Assembly: GCA_035221665.1 (NCBI GenBank) | Contig: CM069142.1 | Location: 15,562,001 to 15,626,000, forward strand | Reading direction: 5' to 3' | From: Okamejei kenojei | Lineage: Eukaryota | DNA: 64,000 nt | Shown here: piece after piece, positions 49,973 through 62,744 of the stretch | How the letters are laid out: each line of letters begins with the position of its first letter | How positions within the stretch are numbered: position 1 is the stretch's first letter | Position numbers and translations under genes: made by a program | The notes under the pieces: generated by a model | Database searches by the model: none | What the model was told of the DNA's origin: nothing | Seen by the model: the letters and a program-made list of their open reading frames with translations, nothing else

Positions 49973-50364
49973 ACTTCTCTGGTGGTTTCATTTTTCCATC
50001 CTGACCCGACTTTCAAGGTAAGGAAGCAAATTCCAACAGGCTAGTGATCTGATTGAGGATGAAACGCAAATATTCATGAAGAACATACACACATAAATGC
50101 ACAAACCAGGCACATTCTCATGACTTGAAAACAATACTTGTCATCATACTCATCCTGAACTCCACACATATAGAATAGGCTTCCAGCTCAAACACAACAA
50201 TGTAGTTTAATTAACAAAATATATGCCCCTCAAACCTGACCCTTACTGTTTAATTATCAGAATAAACTGTTGACTAAACCCAATGTTATAGGTTCATTAT
50301 CACAATTTTAACTCAAATCGAACCCAATATGGGTGCTACTCCATTCAGTCTGCCTAAGCCTATG

Positions 50365-51006
50365 TGATCTCCGGATTGCTAAACACTTTAACTCCCCCTC
50401 CCATTCCCACATTGACCTTTCTGTCCTAGGCCTTCTCCACTGTCAGAGTGAGGCCCAAGACAAATTGGAGGAATAGCACCTCATATTTCGCCTGGGTAGC
50501 TTACAACCCAGTGGTATGAATATTGAAGGTAGACAAAAATGCTGGAGAAACTCAGCGGGTGAGGCGAATAGAAAATCGGCGGCAGCATCGACGTGGAGGT
50601 CGGTGAAGGCAGCGTCCTCGGTGGTCCGGGCCTGAGGTCGTAATGAATATTGACTTCTCTAACTTCAAGTAATCCTTGATTTCCCTCTGTCTCCAACCCT
50701 CTCCCATCCTAGTTCCAGTTTCACTGTCCTCCTAATTACATTTCACTGATTGAATGCCCCCTTGTCACCTTCCCCTCAGCTAACAATTATCTATTCTACA
50801 TTTTCTTTGATCATCATCTCCTTTGATATCTCTTGTTTTCGCACCATACCCTTCCATATCTCAATATCTCCCTCTACCCTGACTCTCAGTCTGAAGAAGG
50901 GTCTCGACACGAAACATCACCCAGATATGCTGCCTGTCCTGCTGAGTTACTCCAGCAATTTGTGTCTATCTTCAGTGTAAACCAGCATCTACGGTGACTT
51001 CCTACA
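50365..51006 (+). mobile_element. Penelope-like element 3' fragment with a nested 116-bp insert
   Basis: Same GIY-YIG C-terminus. Insert 50527-50642 is flanked by ATGAATATTGA. Hammerhead-like core at 50891-50918. Confidence 0.8.
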
Positions 51007-52004
51007 CTTATCAAGTACTTATCCACCTCTTCTTTAAAGAGATTTAAAGACAGCTTGCACTTTTGTTGAAGGAAAACTCCTCCAAATCACTTAATCTCTG
51101 CCTTAGATGGGTAACCCCTTATTCTTTAACTAGTTCTACATTCTAGCACAAATATCCTCACCCCCTCACGTCCATCCCGTCAAAGCCTTCTTACTCATCT
51201 AAGCTCTAGCAGATTCAACCATACCTTATCCAACCTCTCCTCATTGGACAACCTGCCAGTCCAGGTTTTAGTCAAGGAAATCATGGCTCAACTGCTTTCT
51301 CTCTGAAGGGTCCCAACCCAAAATGTCATCTACCCATATTCTCCAGGGATGTTGCCTGATCCGTTGAGTTACTCCAGTATTTTCTCACTTTGTACTCCAT
51401 TTGTTCTCTTTGTGTCCTCCGTACTTCACCTACATCATTTACTTTCCTATCCATCTTTATGTCATCTCCAGATTTAGCAACCACGCCTACTGTCCTTTCA
51501 TCCAAATAATTCATATCAATAATAAAAAAAATTTGATGTCCCAGCAGAAATCCTTGTGGCATGCCACTTGCTGCATATTGCCAACCAGAAACAAGATGCA
51601 TTAAGCCTACACTTCGCTTCCTGTTAGTATCAGAAAACCAGCATCAGCCACTTTCTTACTGTTGCTATATCAGACTGTGCTGAATAACTTTCACCTCTTT
51701 CTACAAACAAGTAAACATACAGTCCTAGCATAGTAGGCAAGGAGATTGCAAAGGACTGCTGTGATTACAGATTAACCCTGACCCCATAGAAAAGCCTTTA
51801 AAGATAACAATATCTAATCCATTTTCTGCACCTGCAGACCGTCAGAGCTGGACTTGTCTGGCCAACAGTACTGGCAGGATTAGTCCCTCTGATATAGGTT
51901 AAAATGTCATGAGGATTGGAATAATGTTGGCAAAGCCCAGTTAAGAATTCCCAAGTCACATATCCTCCTGGGGCACAGACTCCACTAGCTGCCTGATGTT
52001 TGTT

Positions 52005-52945
52005 ATCAGTGTTTATTGTTATGCATACCAAGATACAGTGAAATACTTGGTTTGGGTGCTATCCAGTCAACCCATACTGTACATGAGTACAATCAACCCA
52101 TACACAAGTACAACAGGTATTGCAATGAGAAAAATAACCAGAGTTCAGAATATAGTATCACAAGGTGGAAGGGCCGCAACAAGATCAGTTAGGAGATTGA
52201 GACGTCCCCCTTAGCTTATGAGAGGTCCTTTCAGTAGTTTGAAAACATCCGGGAAGAAGCTACTCCTGAATCTGATGGCACGTGCTTTCAAGCTTTTGTA
52301 TTTTCTCCCAGACGGGAGAGGGGAGAAGAGGGAATGACTGTGGTTTAAGTGTTCCTTGCTGGCTGCTTTTCCGAGGCTGCAAGGTGTAGCTGGAGTCTAT
52401 TGGGCGGGGGTGGGGTGGAGCGGGGGTAAGTTGCTGGTTTGTGTGATGAACTGGGCAGCATCCACAATTCTCAATTTCTTACGGTCTCGGGTAGAGCAGT
52501 TGCGAAACCAAGTTGTGATACATCCCAACAGGATGCTTTCTACAGTGCATTTGGCTTCCTAGTATATTAATTGTTAAGAGTCATTGGAGACATGCTGAAT
52601 TTCCTTAGTCATGAGGGGAAGTAGATGCATTGCTGTGCTTTTTATTGCAATGATGTTGATATGATAGACCAGGATAAACTATTGGTGATATTTATGACTG
52701 GGATCTTGAAGTTCTCGACGACCTCCACCTCCACCTCCACCTCTGATGCAGACTGGTCATGTACTCCACCTTTTCCTGAAGTCAATGACCAGTTTCTCCA
52801 TCTTTCTGACATTAAGGGAGAGGTTGGTGCCTTGACACCATCTTACTAAGCTCCCTATGTTCTTAGTCTAATCTGTCTCATCATTGTTTGAGATCTGGCC
52901 GACAATGGTGGTGTTGTCTGCAAACGTGTAAATCGAGTTAGAGCA
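52005..52945 (-). mobile_element. Decayed Rex1/L2-type LINE 3' fragment
   Basis: FADNT on the - strand (gtgttgtctgcaaac ~52913-52925) and ELVIDFRK-like (ttcctgaagtcaatgaccag). Confidence 0.65.
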
Positions 52946-53849
52946 GAATTTGTGTGGATAAAATGGCAGAGTAGATACGTGTACCCACAAGGCCTGTTGT
53001 GAATGTTATAATGCCAGCATTTTAATCTCCATTTCCAAGATATAAACGTCAGACAATGGAAGGCATTAAAATCAAGATTTAAAGGTGTTGTGAATACTAT
53101 TTGCCTTTCTGATAATTGCAACAAATTCACTGTAATAAGAGTTGAAAAACAAAATATTTTACCATATTTTCTTCTTCAGAGAGAATGTTTATGCATTGTC
53201 CTTGGGGGCAATGAGACATGTAATGACTCTTTTTAACACTCTTCATTTTATGAACATAAAAAATACGAGCAATTAGATATATTATTGTAATCAAAATAAC
53301 TTTAACAAAACTAAGAAACAGCTATAAAATATTGGGAGTTTTACTTGGTAACATGTTAAAGGGGCATGTTAGAGGGGCATGTTAACCATGTTAGTAGGTC
53401 AGGCAATATCTATGGAGAGAGAAAAGTAATATTTCAGTTCAAAGACCTTTCATCAGAACAAGGAAATGTGCAAAGAGAAAGATAGCAGAGTGTAGAATAC
53501 AGAATTACAGTGTTAATGGTCGATAAAAATAAGTCCAAGGGCTGCAGTAAGATAGGTTGGGTGATCAGGATTGCACCCTTAGTATGTGGAAGGACCGTTC
53601 AATAATCTAATAACAATGGGGAAGATACTGTTCCTGAAAATGGGAACGTTTTCAAGCTTTTGTATCACCTGCCCATCTAAGGTGTAAATGGTCCTTGGTT
53701 AAGTAATGTATTAGACGATGCAAATATGTATGTTAAAGAGAAAATTCTTTGTTCAATGACTACTTCAAGAAAAACTCCAAGATCTGGATAATAAAAAGTT
53801 GGACATTCTCTCAATAGGAGCATGATTAGTTCCTTGTGGTGGAGATTCA

Positions 53850-54443
53850 AGGACCTGTCCCACTTGGGCGTCATTTGCACGTCATTTACGCGACAGGCTG
53901 GTAGTGACTGTCGTGCGAAAATCGTCTAACAGTACGACAGTTGCGCGCCAAGTGCTCTTGAGGGCCCTACATATTTTGCGAGCCATTTGCGATGTCGTTC
54001 GTACTTAGTCTGATCCCCATGGCAAGGATTTTCCCAGTGAAAATGTTTCAAAACTACGTGCGCTTTATACCCGGGTGGTCACGTGGTGTGGCGCTGAAAT
54101 GGCGTGCCGATGGCGTACGGGCGGCACATGGTTACAGATGTTGATGCACAGTGACGCACAATAAATCAGCATAGGCAATGTTCATACATCACCGTGCATA
54201 ACCATGCGTCAGCACGCGCTACACGTACACTGTCAGTATGTCAGCGTACGCCATCAGTACGTCAGCGTGCGAAAGGGATAAGTCAAGCAGGTGGCGCGCA
54301 AGGATTTTGAGCATCCCAAAATTCTGGGGCGCCGCGCGTTACCGCGCGTCACTGCATGCGCCACCACGCCTCACCACACGCCAACCAATTTTTAGGACGT
54401 CGCGTAAATGACATGCAAGTGACGCCCAAGTGGGACAGGCCCT
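53850..54443. mobile_element. PIF/Harbinger-type MITE (594 bp, CpG-rich)
   Basis: 45-bp TIRs matching at 42/45 (AGGACCTGTCCCACTTGGGCGTCA...), with the 3-bp TSD TCA on both sides. Confidence 0.88.
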
Positions 54444-54646
54444 TCAGGAATAAACCTGGAATTGGGTCATCGGGTAGGTGGAAAGTAGAATGTTCATGCT
54501 GTAAGTGATATATTATGGGGCAGGGGAAATTCCCTGATTCCAATTAGTATTCAATTTACAGTGAAAATTTGGATGAAGTAATAATGCAAATATAATAAAA
54601 TGTCCAAATAATAAAATTGTTCCAATAAATGAAAAAAAATGCACAG

Positions 54647-54926
54647 TAACATAACGGTAGAATTGCTATTTTACAGGGCCAGCGAACTGGTTTCAATCCT
54701 GACTACAGATGCTGTCTGTACGGAGTTTCTACGTTCTCCCTATGACCGCGTGGGTTTTTTCTGTGCACGCCAATCTCTTCCCACACTCCAAAAGACATAT
54801 AAGTTTGAAGGTTAATTGGCTTTGGTAAAATTGTATTAGCATACGGGGTGATCACTGGTCGCCACAGACTAGATGGACTGAAGGGCTTATTTCTGTGCTG
54901 TATCTCTAAAGTCTAAAAGTCTAAAG
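54647..54926 (+). mobile_element. V-SINE (HE1-like)
   Basis: Head remnant, V-domain and (aagtcta)n tail. Confidence 0.8.
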
Positions 54927-54998
54927 TATGTGTAATTGGACAAAATAATGTTGTTGATTAACTGGGAAATAGGTAAACCACTGCTCAAATAAAGATAA

Positions 54999-57900
54999 TC
55001 ACAAGATGATTGTGGGGGATGCAGGGTTTTTCCAGAATGTTAATATTAATTTTTCCCCAGTTATTATACTATAATCAAGGAAATTTCTTTGGTTTATTGT
55101 AAGTTTTAGGTATTGTTCAGATATGCCCAATATTATTAATTTAGGATCGGGATCCAGTTGAGTATTAACCACTACGGAAATAATTAAAAAAATATCCACC
55201 CAAAATATTTTAATTTTTATGCAACTTACAAAGGTATGGGTTAAATTAGCCTCAGAATATTGACATTTATCGCAGATAAGAGAAATATTAGGATAAATTC
55301 TATTTAATTTTGTTTTAGAATAATGCAATCTATGTAATATTGTATCAAATATTGTATTAAAGTCTGCCATTTAACGAACATTGATGTATATGTAGACTTT
55401 CATCCCAAATATCTTTAGTTATGGGTTGAACTAATTCATTTTCCCATGCTTGTCTATGTAATTCCGTCGACGGATTCTCACTATCTAAAAGAATATTATA
55501 AATGTAAGATATTAATTTGAATGTGTTGCGGTGTTTATTCAAACATTCATCTAGAATCTCTGGCTCTCTAATTCTATATTCTTGTGTATGTGATTTAACG
55601 TAATCTTTCAGTTGTAAATATCTAAAAAAATTATTTGAATGTAATCCATAATTCTGTTGTACCTCCTGAAATGAGAGGAACACACCTTTTCTATAAAGAT
55701 GTCCCATCTTTTTAATTCCATAATTTTTCCATTGTGCACAACCTTTATCCAATACTGAAGGATTAAATGAAGAGTTATTTGCAATAGGGAGTGAAAGTGA
55801 TAAATTACCCAATTTGGATGTCTTTTTTATTTGTTTCAAATTCGAATACCACTATGTATTATTGACACTATAGATTTTTCAATTCAATTTTGTCGGAGTT
55901 AGCAGAATCGGGCCAATTTCAAATGGCAGACAATCCTCCTTTTCCATCTTTAACCAGTCTGGTTGTTGATCCATATCTTCCAACCAGAAATTTAAGTTTT
56001 TGACATTGACTGCCCAGAAATAAAATAAGAAATTTGGTAAGACTAATCCTCCATTCGTCTTGGGTTTACATAAGAGTGTTTTACTTATTCTGTGATTCTT
56101 ATAATCCCAAATAAAACTTGTTACAATAGAGTCGACTTTTTAAAATACATTTTTAGGGAGATATATCGGAATTGATTGAAAGAGGTATAGAAGTTGAGGA
56201 AGGAAAATCATTTTAATAGCATTAATTTTACCGAGCATTGAAATGGGAAGTGTTTTCCAATATTGAATATTCTTATGCAATTTATAAGTAAAGGTATGAA
56301 ATTTGATTTAAATAAAGAAGTATATTTCTTGGTCACATAAATTCCTAAGTATTTAAATTTTTCATTCACTATTTTAAAAGGTGATTGTTGCAATATATAT
56401 AAATTAGGTTCCATTATTGGCGTAATCTCACTCTTATTCCAATTGATTCTGTATCCCGAGAATAAACCAAATTGAGTTATAAGATTTAACAGGTTAGAGA
56501 TGCTAATTTGTGGATTTGTAATATATAGTAATACATCATCTGCATATAGAGAAATTTTATTAACTGTATTATTAGTATTATACCCATATATTTCTGGATG
56601 TGCTCGAACTCTTTCTGCTAGTGGTTCAATAGCAAGGGCGAATAGTAACGGGGATAGCGGGCATCCTTGTCTACAACCTTTAGATAAATCAATTTTTTTA
56701 ATAACATTCACTATTTTAAAAGTTGATTGTTGCAATATATATAAATTAGGTTCCATTATTGGCATAATTTCACTCTTTCCATTTGATTCTGTATCCCGAG
56801 AATAAACCAAATTGAGTTATAAGATTTAACAGGTTAGAGATGCTAATTTCTGGATTTGTAATATATAGTAATACATCATCTGCATATAGAGAAATTTTAT
56901 TAACTGTATTATTAGTATTATACCCATATATTTCTGGATGTGCTCGAACTCTTTCTGCTAGTGGTTCAATAGCAAGGGCGAATAGTAACGGGGATAGCGG
57001 GCATCCTTGTCTACAACCTTTAGATAAATCAATTTTTTTAAATAACATTTGATTTGTCATTATTCTGGCTGTTGGGTTGGTATATAAAAGCTTACCCCAA
57101 GTACAAAACTTCTCACCTAATTGAAATGTTTCCATCACCGAAAATAAATAGGGCCATTCAACTTGATCGAATGCTTTCTCAGCATCTAGCGAAATGACTG
57201 CTAAATCTACATTAGCTATTCGATTTGAGTATATAATGTTAAATAATCGTCTCAGATTATAATATGAATAATGTTTTGGAATAAAGCCAGTTTGATCGGG
57301 TGTATTCATTTATGAATCACTAAGCTTAATCTATGTGCTAAATTTTGGTTAATATTTTCTGATTGGTGTTTAAGAGAGCAATTGCTCTATATGAACCAGG
57401 GTCTTCAAGGTCCTTATCCGTTTTTGGTATAAGTATTATTGTTGATTCATTTAAAGTTTCTGGGAGTTTCTGTTGCATGAATGCTTGAGTATATAATGTC
57501 TGTAGGCGTGGCGAGATCAAATCATGAATTTTTTAATAAAATTCACTATTTAAAACCATCTGGGCCAGCGGCCTTTCCATTTTTGAAAGAACTAATAGAT
57601 TCTTCAATATCTTTTACTGATATTTCAGCCCCTAATAATTCCCTCTCTTTCAAGTCTAAACCAGTAAGGTTACAATTCTGTAAGAATAATTCCATTCCTG
57701 CAGAACCCACTGCTCTTTTGGTTGAGTAAAGTGTATGATAGTAGTGAGAGAATCTATCATAAATATCCTTGGGTAGTGTTAATATTTCTCCCGCATCTGA
57801 TTTAATTTTATATATTGTTTTTTCCCCTTCCCGTTTCCGGAGTTGGCATGCTAGTAATTTTTGTGGTTTATCACCAAATTCAAAGTGTAACTGTTTAGTC

Positions 57901-60900
57901 TTTTGATAAAATGTTATGATTTGGTCTGAGTATATTTGGTTTAACTTATATTTGAGTGCAGCAATCTTATTATGTATTATCATAGAAGGCGCGATTGTGT
58001 TTTCTATATCTAATTGCCTTATTTTCATTTTCAATACCAGTTGTTTGGCGCGGTTCTCTTTATTACGAAAGGCTAGTGTGGAGATTAACGCTCCTCGTAT
58101 AAATGCTTTAAATGCTTCCCAAAGAAGGGAGGCAGAAATTTCAGGGCAGGCATTTGTCTCAAAAAACATATTTATCTGTTTGATAAGATATTCGTAACAT
58201 GCTTTATCATTTAATATTTGAGGATTAATTCTCCATTGTGTCTGCTTATCAGTCATTCCACTTAGTTTGATCATAAATGTTAAAGGAGCATGGTCCAAAA
58301 TTATAATATTATGATATTTCGAATTATAAGTAAATGGGATAAGTTTACAATCTACTAAAAAGTAGTCTATCCTTGAATAGGTTTTGTGTACCGATGAGTA
58401 AAATGAGTATTACCTTCCAAATGGGTTTTCAATTCTCCAAACATCCTTGATATTAGTATTATTGATGTATGAGTTTAGTAATTCGCTTGTCTTGGATTTT
58501 GCTTTTCTTTGTCTTGATGATCTATCGAGATAGGAATCTAGTGTACAATTTAAATCTGCACCGATTATCAAATTATGTTGTGTGAGCTCCGTGTGAGCTC
58601 CTTGTGTGAGTAAATTATATATTAATTAATATATAATTAATAGTAATTAAGAGTATTAAGTATATTCTTAAAAAACATAGGATTATCAAAATTTGGTCCA
58701 TAGACATTGAAAAAAATCACTTTTTTGATATAATTCACCCACTAGTACAATACATCTACCATTGGTGTCCGCTGTAGTTGATATGTGTTTAAAAGGTATA
58801 CCTTTACAAATTAAAATTGCAACACCTCTGGCCTTATGAGAGAATGAAGAGTGATATGTTTCAGCGATCCATTTTCCTTCGCTCCTTAGATGCTGCTGCA
58901 CCCGCTGAGTTTCTCCAGCTTTTTGTGTAACCCTCGATTCTCCAGCATCTGCAGTTCCTTCTTTAAAAAATTATTACTTTCAATCTATGTTGTGCGTCGT
59001 TTTTAAGGTGGGTCTCTTGAAGAAATGTTATGTCTGCTTTGAGTGATTTTAAGTGTGCTAATACCTTACCTCTCTTGATTGACTCATTAATTCCCTTAAT
59101 ATTCCAACTACAAAAAGTAATTCCTTGACCCCCATTTTTTCTATTTATGTCTTGCATCTTGTGGTTAGGGTGGTCTATAAAAGAGCAGATAGCTCAGCAC
59201 CGTAAACCCGACATTCCACCCGAACACAGGACAGATGAATTGTAAATCTAATTCAAATAAATCTTTGTCACGGACACATCTCCACAAATAATATTTGTAA
59301 ATTAATTCGTTTAAAATAGTAATTAAGTAAAAAATACAAAAAGTAAAAAAATAAAAAATTAATAAAATAAGAAGGAAAAAGAAACTACATCTAAATTTAG
59401 TGTAGTTGGTGCTAGCCACACTAACTTTGCTGACCATCTAAGGACTTCCGTAGATTTAAAAAAAAAAATGATTCCTAGCTCCACGCTTTAAAAAAAAATT
59501 TGAATATGAGTAAATTACGGGATTAACTTAAAACTATTTTGGTCCAGAGTATTAGTAATCATATAGTGAGAGACTATTACTCTCTTAGTTAATTATTAGT
59601 CAAGTGTTAGTCTAATGTAAATAAAGGATGAACATAACAAATTCCAATTAATAAGATATCTAAATTATACTTTTTTTTAACATTTCATGTTTTTAACTAA
59701 TTATTCCAATAATAATAACGTGTTTTTAATGATTAGTAATTGTTAGTAAAAATTAGTACTAAATATTAGAATAATATGTCCATAACAGGAGGGACTGCAT
59801 AGTTGTCGTTATCAGCTTTCATTAGTCCTTGAATAAAACAAATTAAAGTTCCATTTATTCTCAGCAAGATGACGATATTATATGAATGTTATTCAGTCCC
59901 CACTCGAACCCACAATCTTCTGGGCATATGCCAATGCTTTCTTGTGATCAGTGAAAAACTGTTCCTTCTGCAGATAAGTGACTCTCAATCTTGCAGGGTA
60001 CAGCAATCCATATTTCAAGTTGTCTATCTTCTTTAGAATCCCTCTTGTCTCGTTGAATAACGCTCTCCTTCTGACCACCTCTGCAGGATAATCTCGAAAA
60101 ATATGCTTATTTTGTCTCAAGCATAAGATTTCTTGTGCCAGCAATTTTTTTCACGATGTCCTCCAAAACATGATCGTATTGGACCTTCACTATCAGCTGC
60201 CTCGGGGGGGGCGTTCGGGTCCGAGCGACGTCCAAGAACTCTGTGTGCCCGCCCTAATATGGGCTTTTGGTCTAAATTCAAGACTTTTTTTAATAAGTCT
60301 GTGGCAAAATCACGGAGATCTTTATTTCCTTTTTTACCCTCATGAACGCCCACAATTCTTAAATTCTGTCGCCTCTGACGACCCTCCAAGTCAATACATT
60401 TTTCAGTTATTTTATGCAGTAAATCTGATAAGCGCTTGTTCTCGGCAAGGAGTGACTCTGTAGTTTCTTCCAAGTGAGTTATGGCATCAGCTTGCTCCCC
60501 CATTTGTTGCTGCATTGTAGTGAAGGTCGACTCCAGCTTATCATTAAAGTTGTTTTCATTCGACTTAATTTTCTCGTTTACTTCATTGATTTGTAAGTCA
60601 AAATTTACTGACATTTCCTCCTTCATATTAGTCCGTTTCATACGCACAAGATTAGTCATTTGATTTTCAAACTCTAAGAAGTCTTCTTTAATCTTTTTTA
60701 AGGCTTTTCAGTATTTCTTTAATATTCAATTCATTTTTAAAGCTTATCAATTCTTCTTTTATACTTGTAATTTCCATTGTGATGCAGTTGCGAAGTTCGT
60801 CCATTTCATTTTTCTTTATCTTTGTTTTCTGGGCCATTGAGACGTCCTCCTGGGACGACGTTAAAACTGAGCCCGAGGCTTCAGTCGGGCCTACTTCCTC

Positions 60901-61116
60901 CTTCAGTTGTTTTCCTCTTGTAATTTTTTTAGTCGGTTCCTTTGTGGGGGAGCGAGTTACCAACATTAAGTCTCCAGAGTCGCGGTCTGATGACGTCACG
61001 CAGGCTGCCGGAGCGATTTCTGCAGGTCAGTTCGGTATTTAATTCCCTTTTTTTTTTTTTTTCGCGTGGAGCTAGCTGGCACTCGCCCTACTCCACCATT
61101 AGCGCCACCGGAAGTC
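54999..61116 (-). mobile_element. L1-clade LINE, 5'-intact, 3'-truncated, ORFs disrupted
   Basis: 5' end GACTTCCGGTGGCGC. ORF1 (~60966-59893) has a coiled coil, RQRRQNLRIVG, RAHR and YGLLYPARLRV. An AT-rich spacer follows. ORF2 from 59157 has SWNIKG, FLQETHL, RGVAIL, DHAP, AGPDGF, SLDAEKAFDQVEW, GCRQGCPLSP, LYADD and C-terminal CDKC..H...C. Confidence 0.93.
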
Positions 61117-62050
61117 TGTTCTTTACATATTCTTTTGTGCTGCAGCAAGTAAGAATTTCATTGTTCTATCTGGGATATATGACAATAAAACTCTCTTGAC
61201 TCTCAGGTTTCAATCTCAACAGTTTCTGGTGACACACTGCTTGTACTTGAACTAGCTAGTTTATCCAAATATAAAATTATTCCAGTTTTTCACTGTGCGA
61301 TCCGTGGGCATTTCTCTCACCTTCCCTTTGGTTTCAGTTTTCTGCAATGGCTCTGACGTTCATTTGCAGCATTCATGAACACTGTTTGTCTTCTCTCTCT
61401 TGCCACTCGCATAAATTTATCAACCAGAAGATTTTGTAAATAGTGCCTCACCACTGTAATATTGAGAGATTTTCCCATTGACCTCTCCTTTCCTTCCCAC
61501 ACTTTCTGCAATTTAAAACCAGAATGTTCACTCAATCTTTCAGTTCGGGTGAAGGAAATTCTGTTTCTCTTTTCACACATGCTGCCCGACCGGTTGAGTG
61601 CTCCCAGCATTTACTGTTTATATTTGAAATATATTCATGTAACATATTTTATTTTGTGATCTTATGCAGGGAGACCAGAAAGGTTTTGGACAAAGCAAAC
61701 CTGTGACTGAAGGAAGATGAACCACAAAATGTAAACATATAAAAAGCTAATGGAATCATTATATTCTTTCTATAAACACAGGCCCTATATGGACTGGACA
61801 TCTGAAAATATGAGTGAAGCCAAAACTCATAACTTAAGAAGCAAGATTGATTAGTAGGACTGGATGTTACAATCCCTAAGATTTTTCACTACAATTGACA
61901 TTCTTGGGGATGACCACCAGGTGATTTTGCTACCAATCAGACACATCTTCAGGGGTACACAAAATGCTGGAGAAACTCAGCGGGTGCAGCAGCATCTATG
62001 GAGCGAAGGAGATAGGCAAACTTTTCGGCCGAAACCCTTCTTCAGACTTC

Positions 62051-62472
62051 AGTTGTGTACCTCAACGTCACTGGGTGTTTCGGCCTTTTATCACAAGACA
62101 CCCTCAGTCGAGGCAGGCCCACCGCAGGGTGATCAGATCTGTGTGTGTTTGTTATGGTTAGCCTCTAGATGGTCACGTGGCAGCCCAGACAGCATCTTTC
62201 CTCTTCAGCCACAGCCAGTGACTGCTCCATTCGGCGGCATTGGCAAGTTCTTTTATTGCCCTCCTTTGTGCCTGCCCTCTGACTCCTACTTCCCTCAGGA
62301 GCCTTGCGGTGGAACTGGCTACAAAGCCCCTGCACCCACCTCCACTGGACACACCCTTACACTCCAACCTCTCTCCTCTGCCTCTGCTGCAAGGTTTGAA
62401 TATCGAAGCTTTTTTCTTTCATAAGCCTCATCCACAGTCTCCTCCCAGGGGACCGTCAGCTCAATGTCATAA
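62051..62472 (-). mobile_element. Hero-clade (restriction-like endonuclease) non-LTR retrotransposon 3' fragment
   Basis: IELTVPWEETVDEAYERKKLRYSNL...GW..RVCPVEVG/CRGFVASSTARLL...AAEWSSHWLWLKRKD, which matches the Hero-type REL endonuclease C-terminus as I recall it. Confidence 0.8.
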
Positions 62473-62553
62473 TATGTCATCATAAAATTATTGCCGGGTC
62501 ATTTTAAAGTAATGAGTTCAGATAAGCTAAACCACCATCTGCACTATAATTAG

Positions 62554-62677
62554 TCTGAAGACAGGTCAGAACCTGAAATATCACGTCATCCCCAGGTAGA
62601 TGCTGCCTGTCCCGCTGAGTTTCTCCAGCATTTTGTGCTTTGCTCTAGATTCCAGCATTTACACTTCCATGCGTGGC
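62554..62677 (+). mobile_element. Short Penelope-derived insertion starting at a hammerhead-like core
   Basis: CTGAAGA-C-AGGT-CAGA-ACCT-GAAA-TATC, flanked by the 12-bp direct repeat CACTATAATTAG (62542-62553, 62678-62689). Confidence 0.72.
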
Positions 62678-62744
62678 CACTATAATTAGCTTGTCCCGTT
62701 CTGTCTCTGCTTGCACTTCTCACTGATTTACAATTACCTTCATT

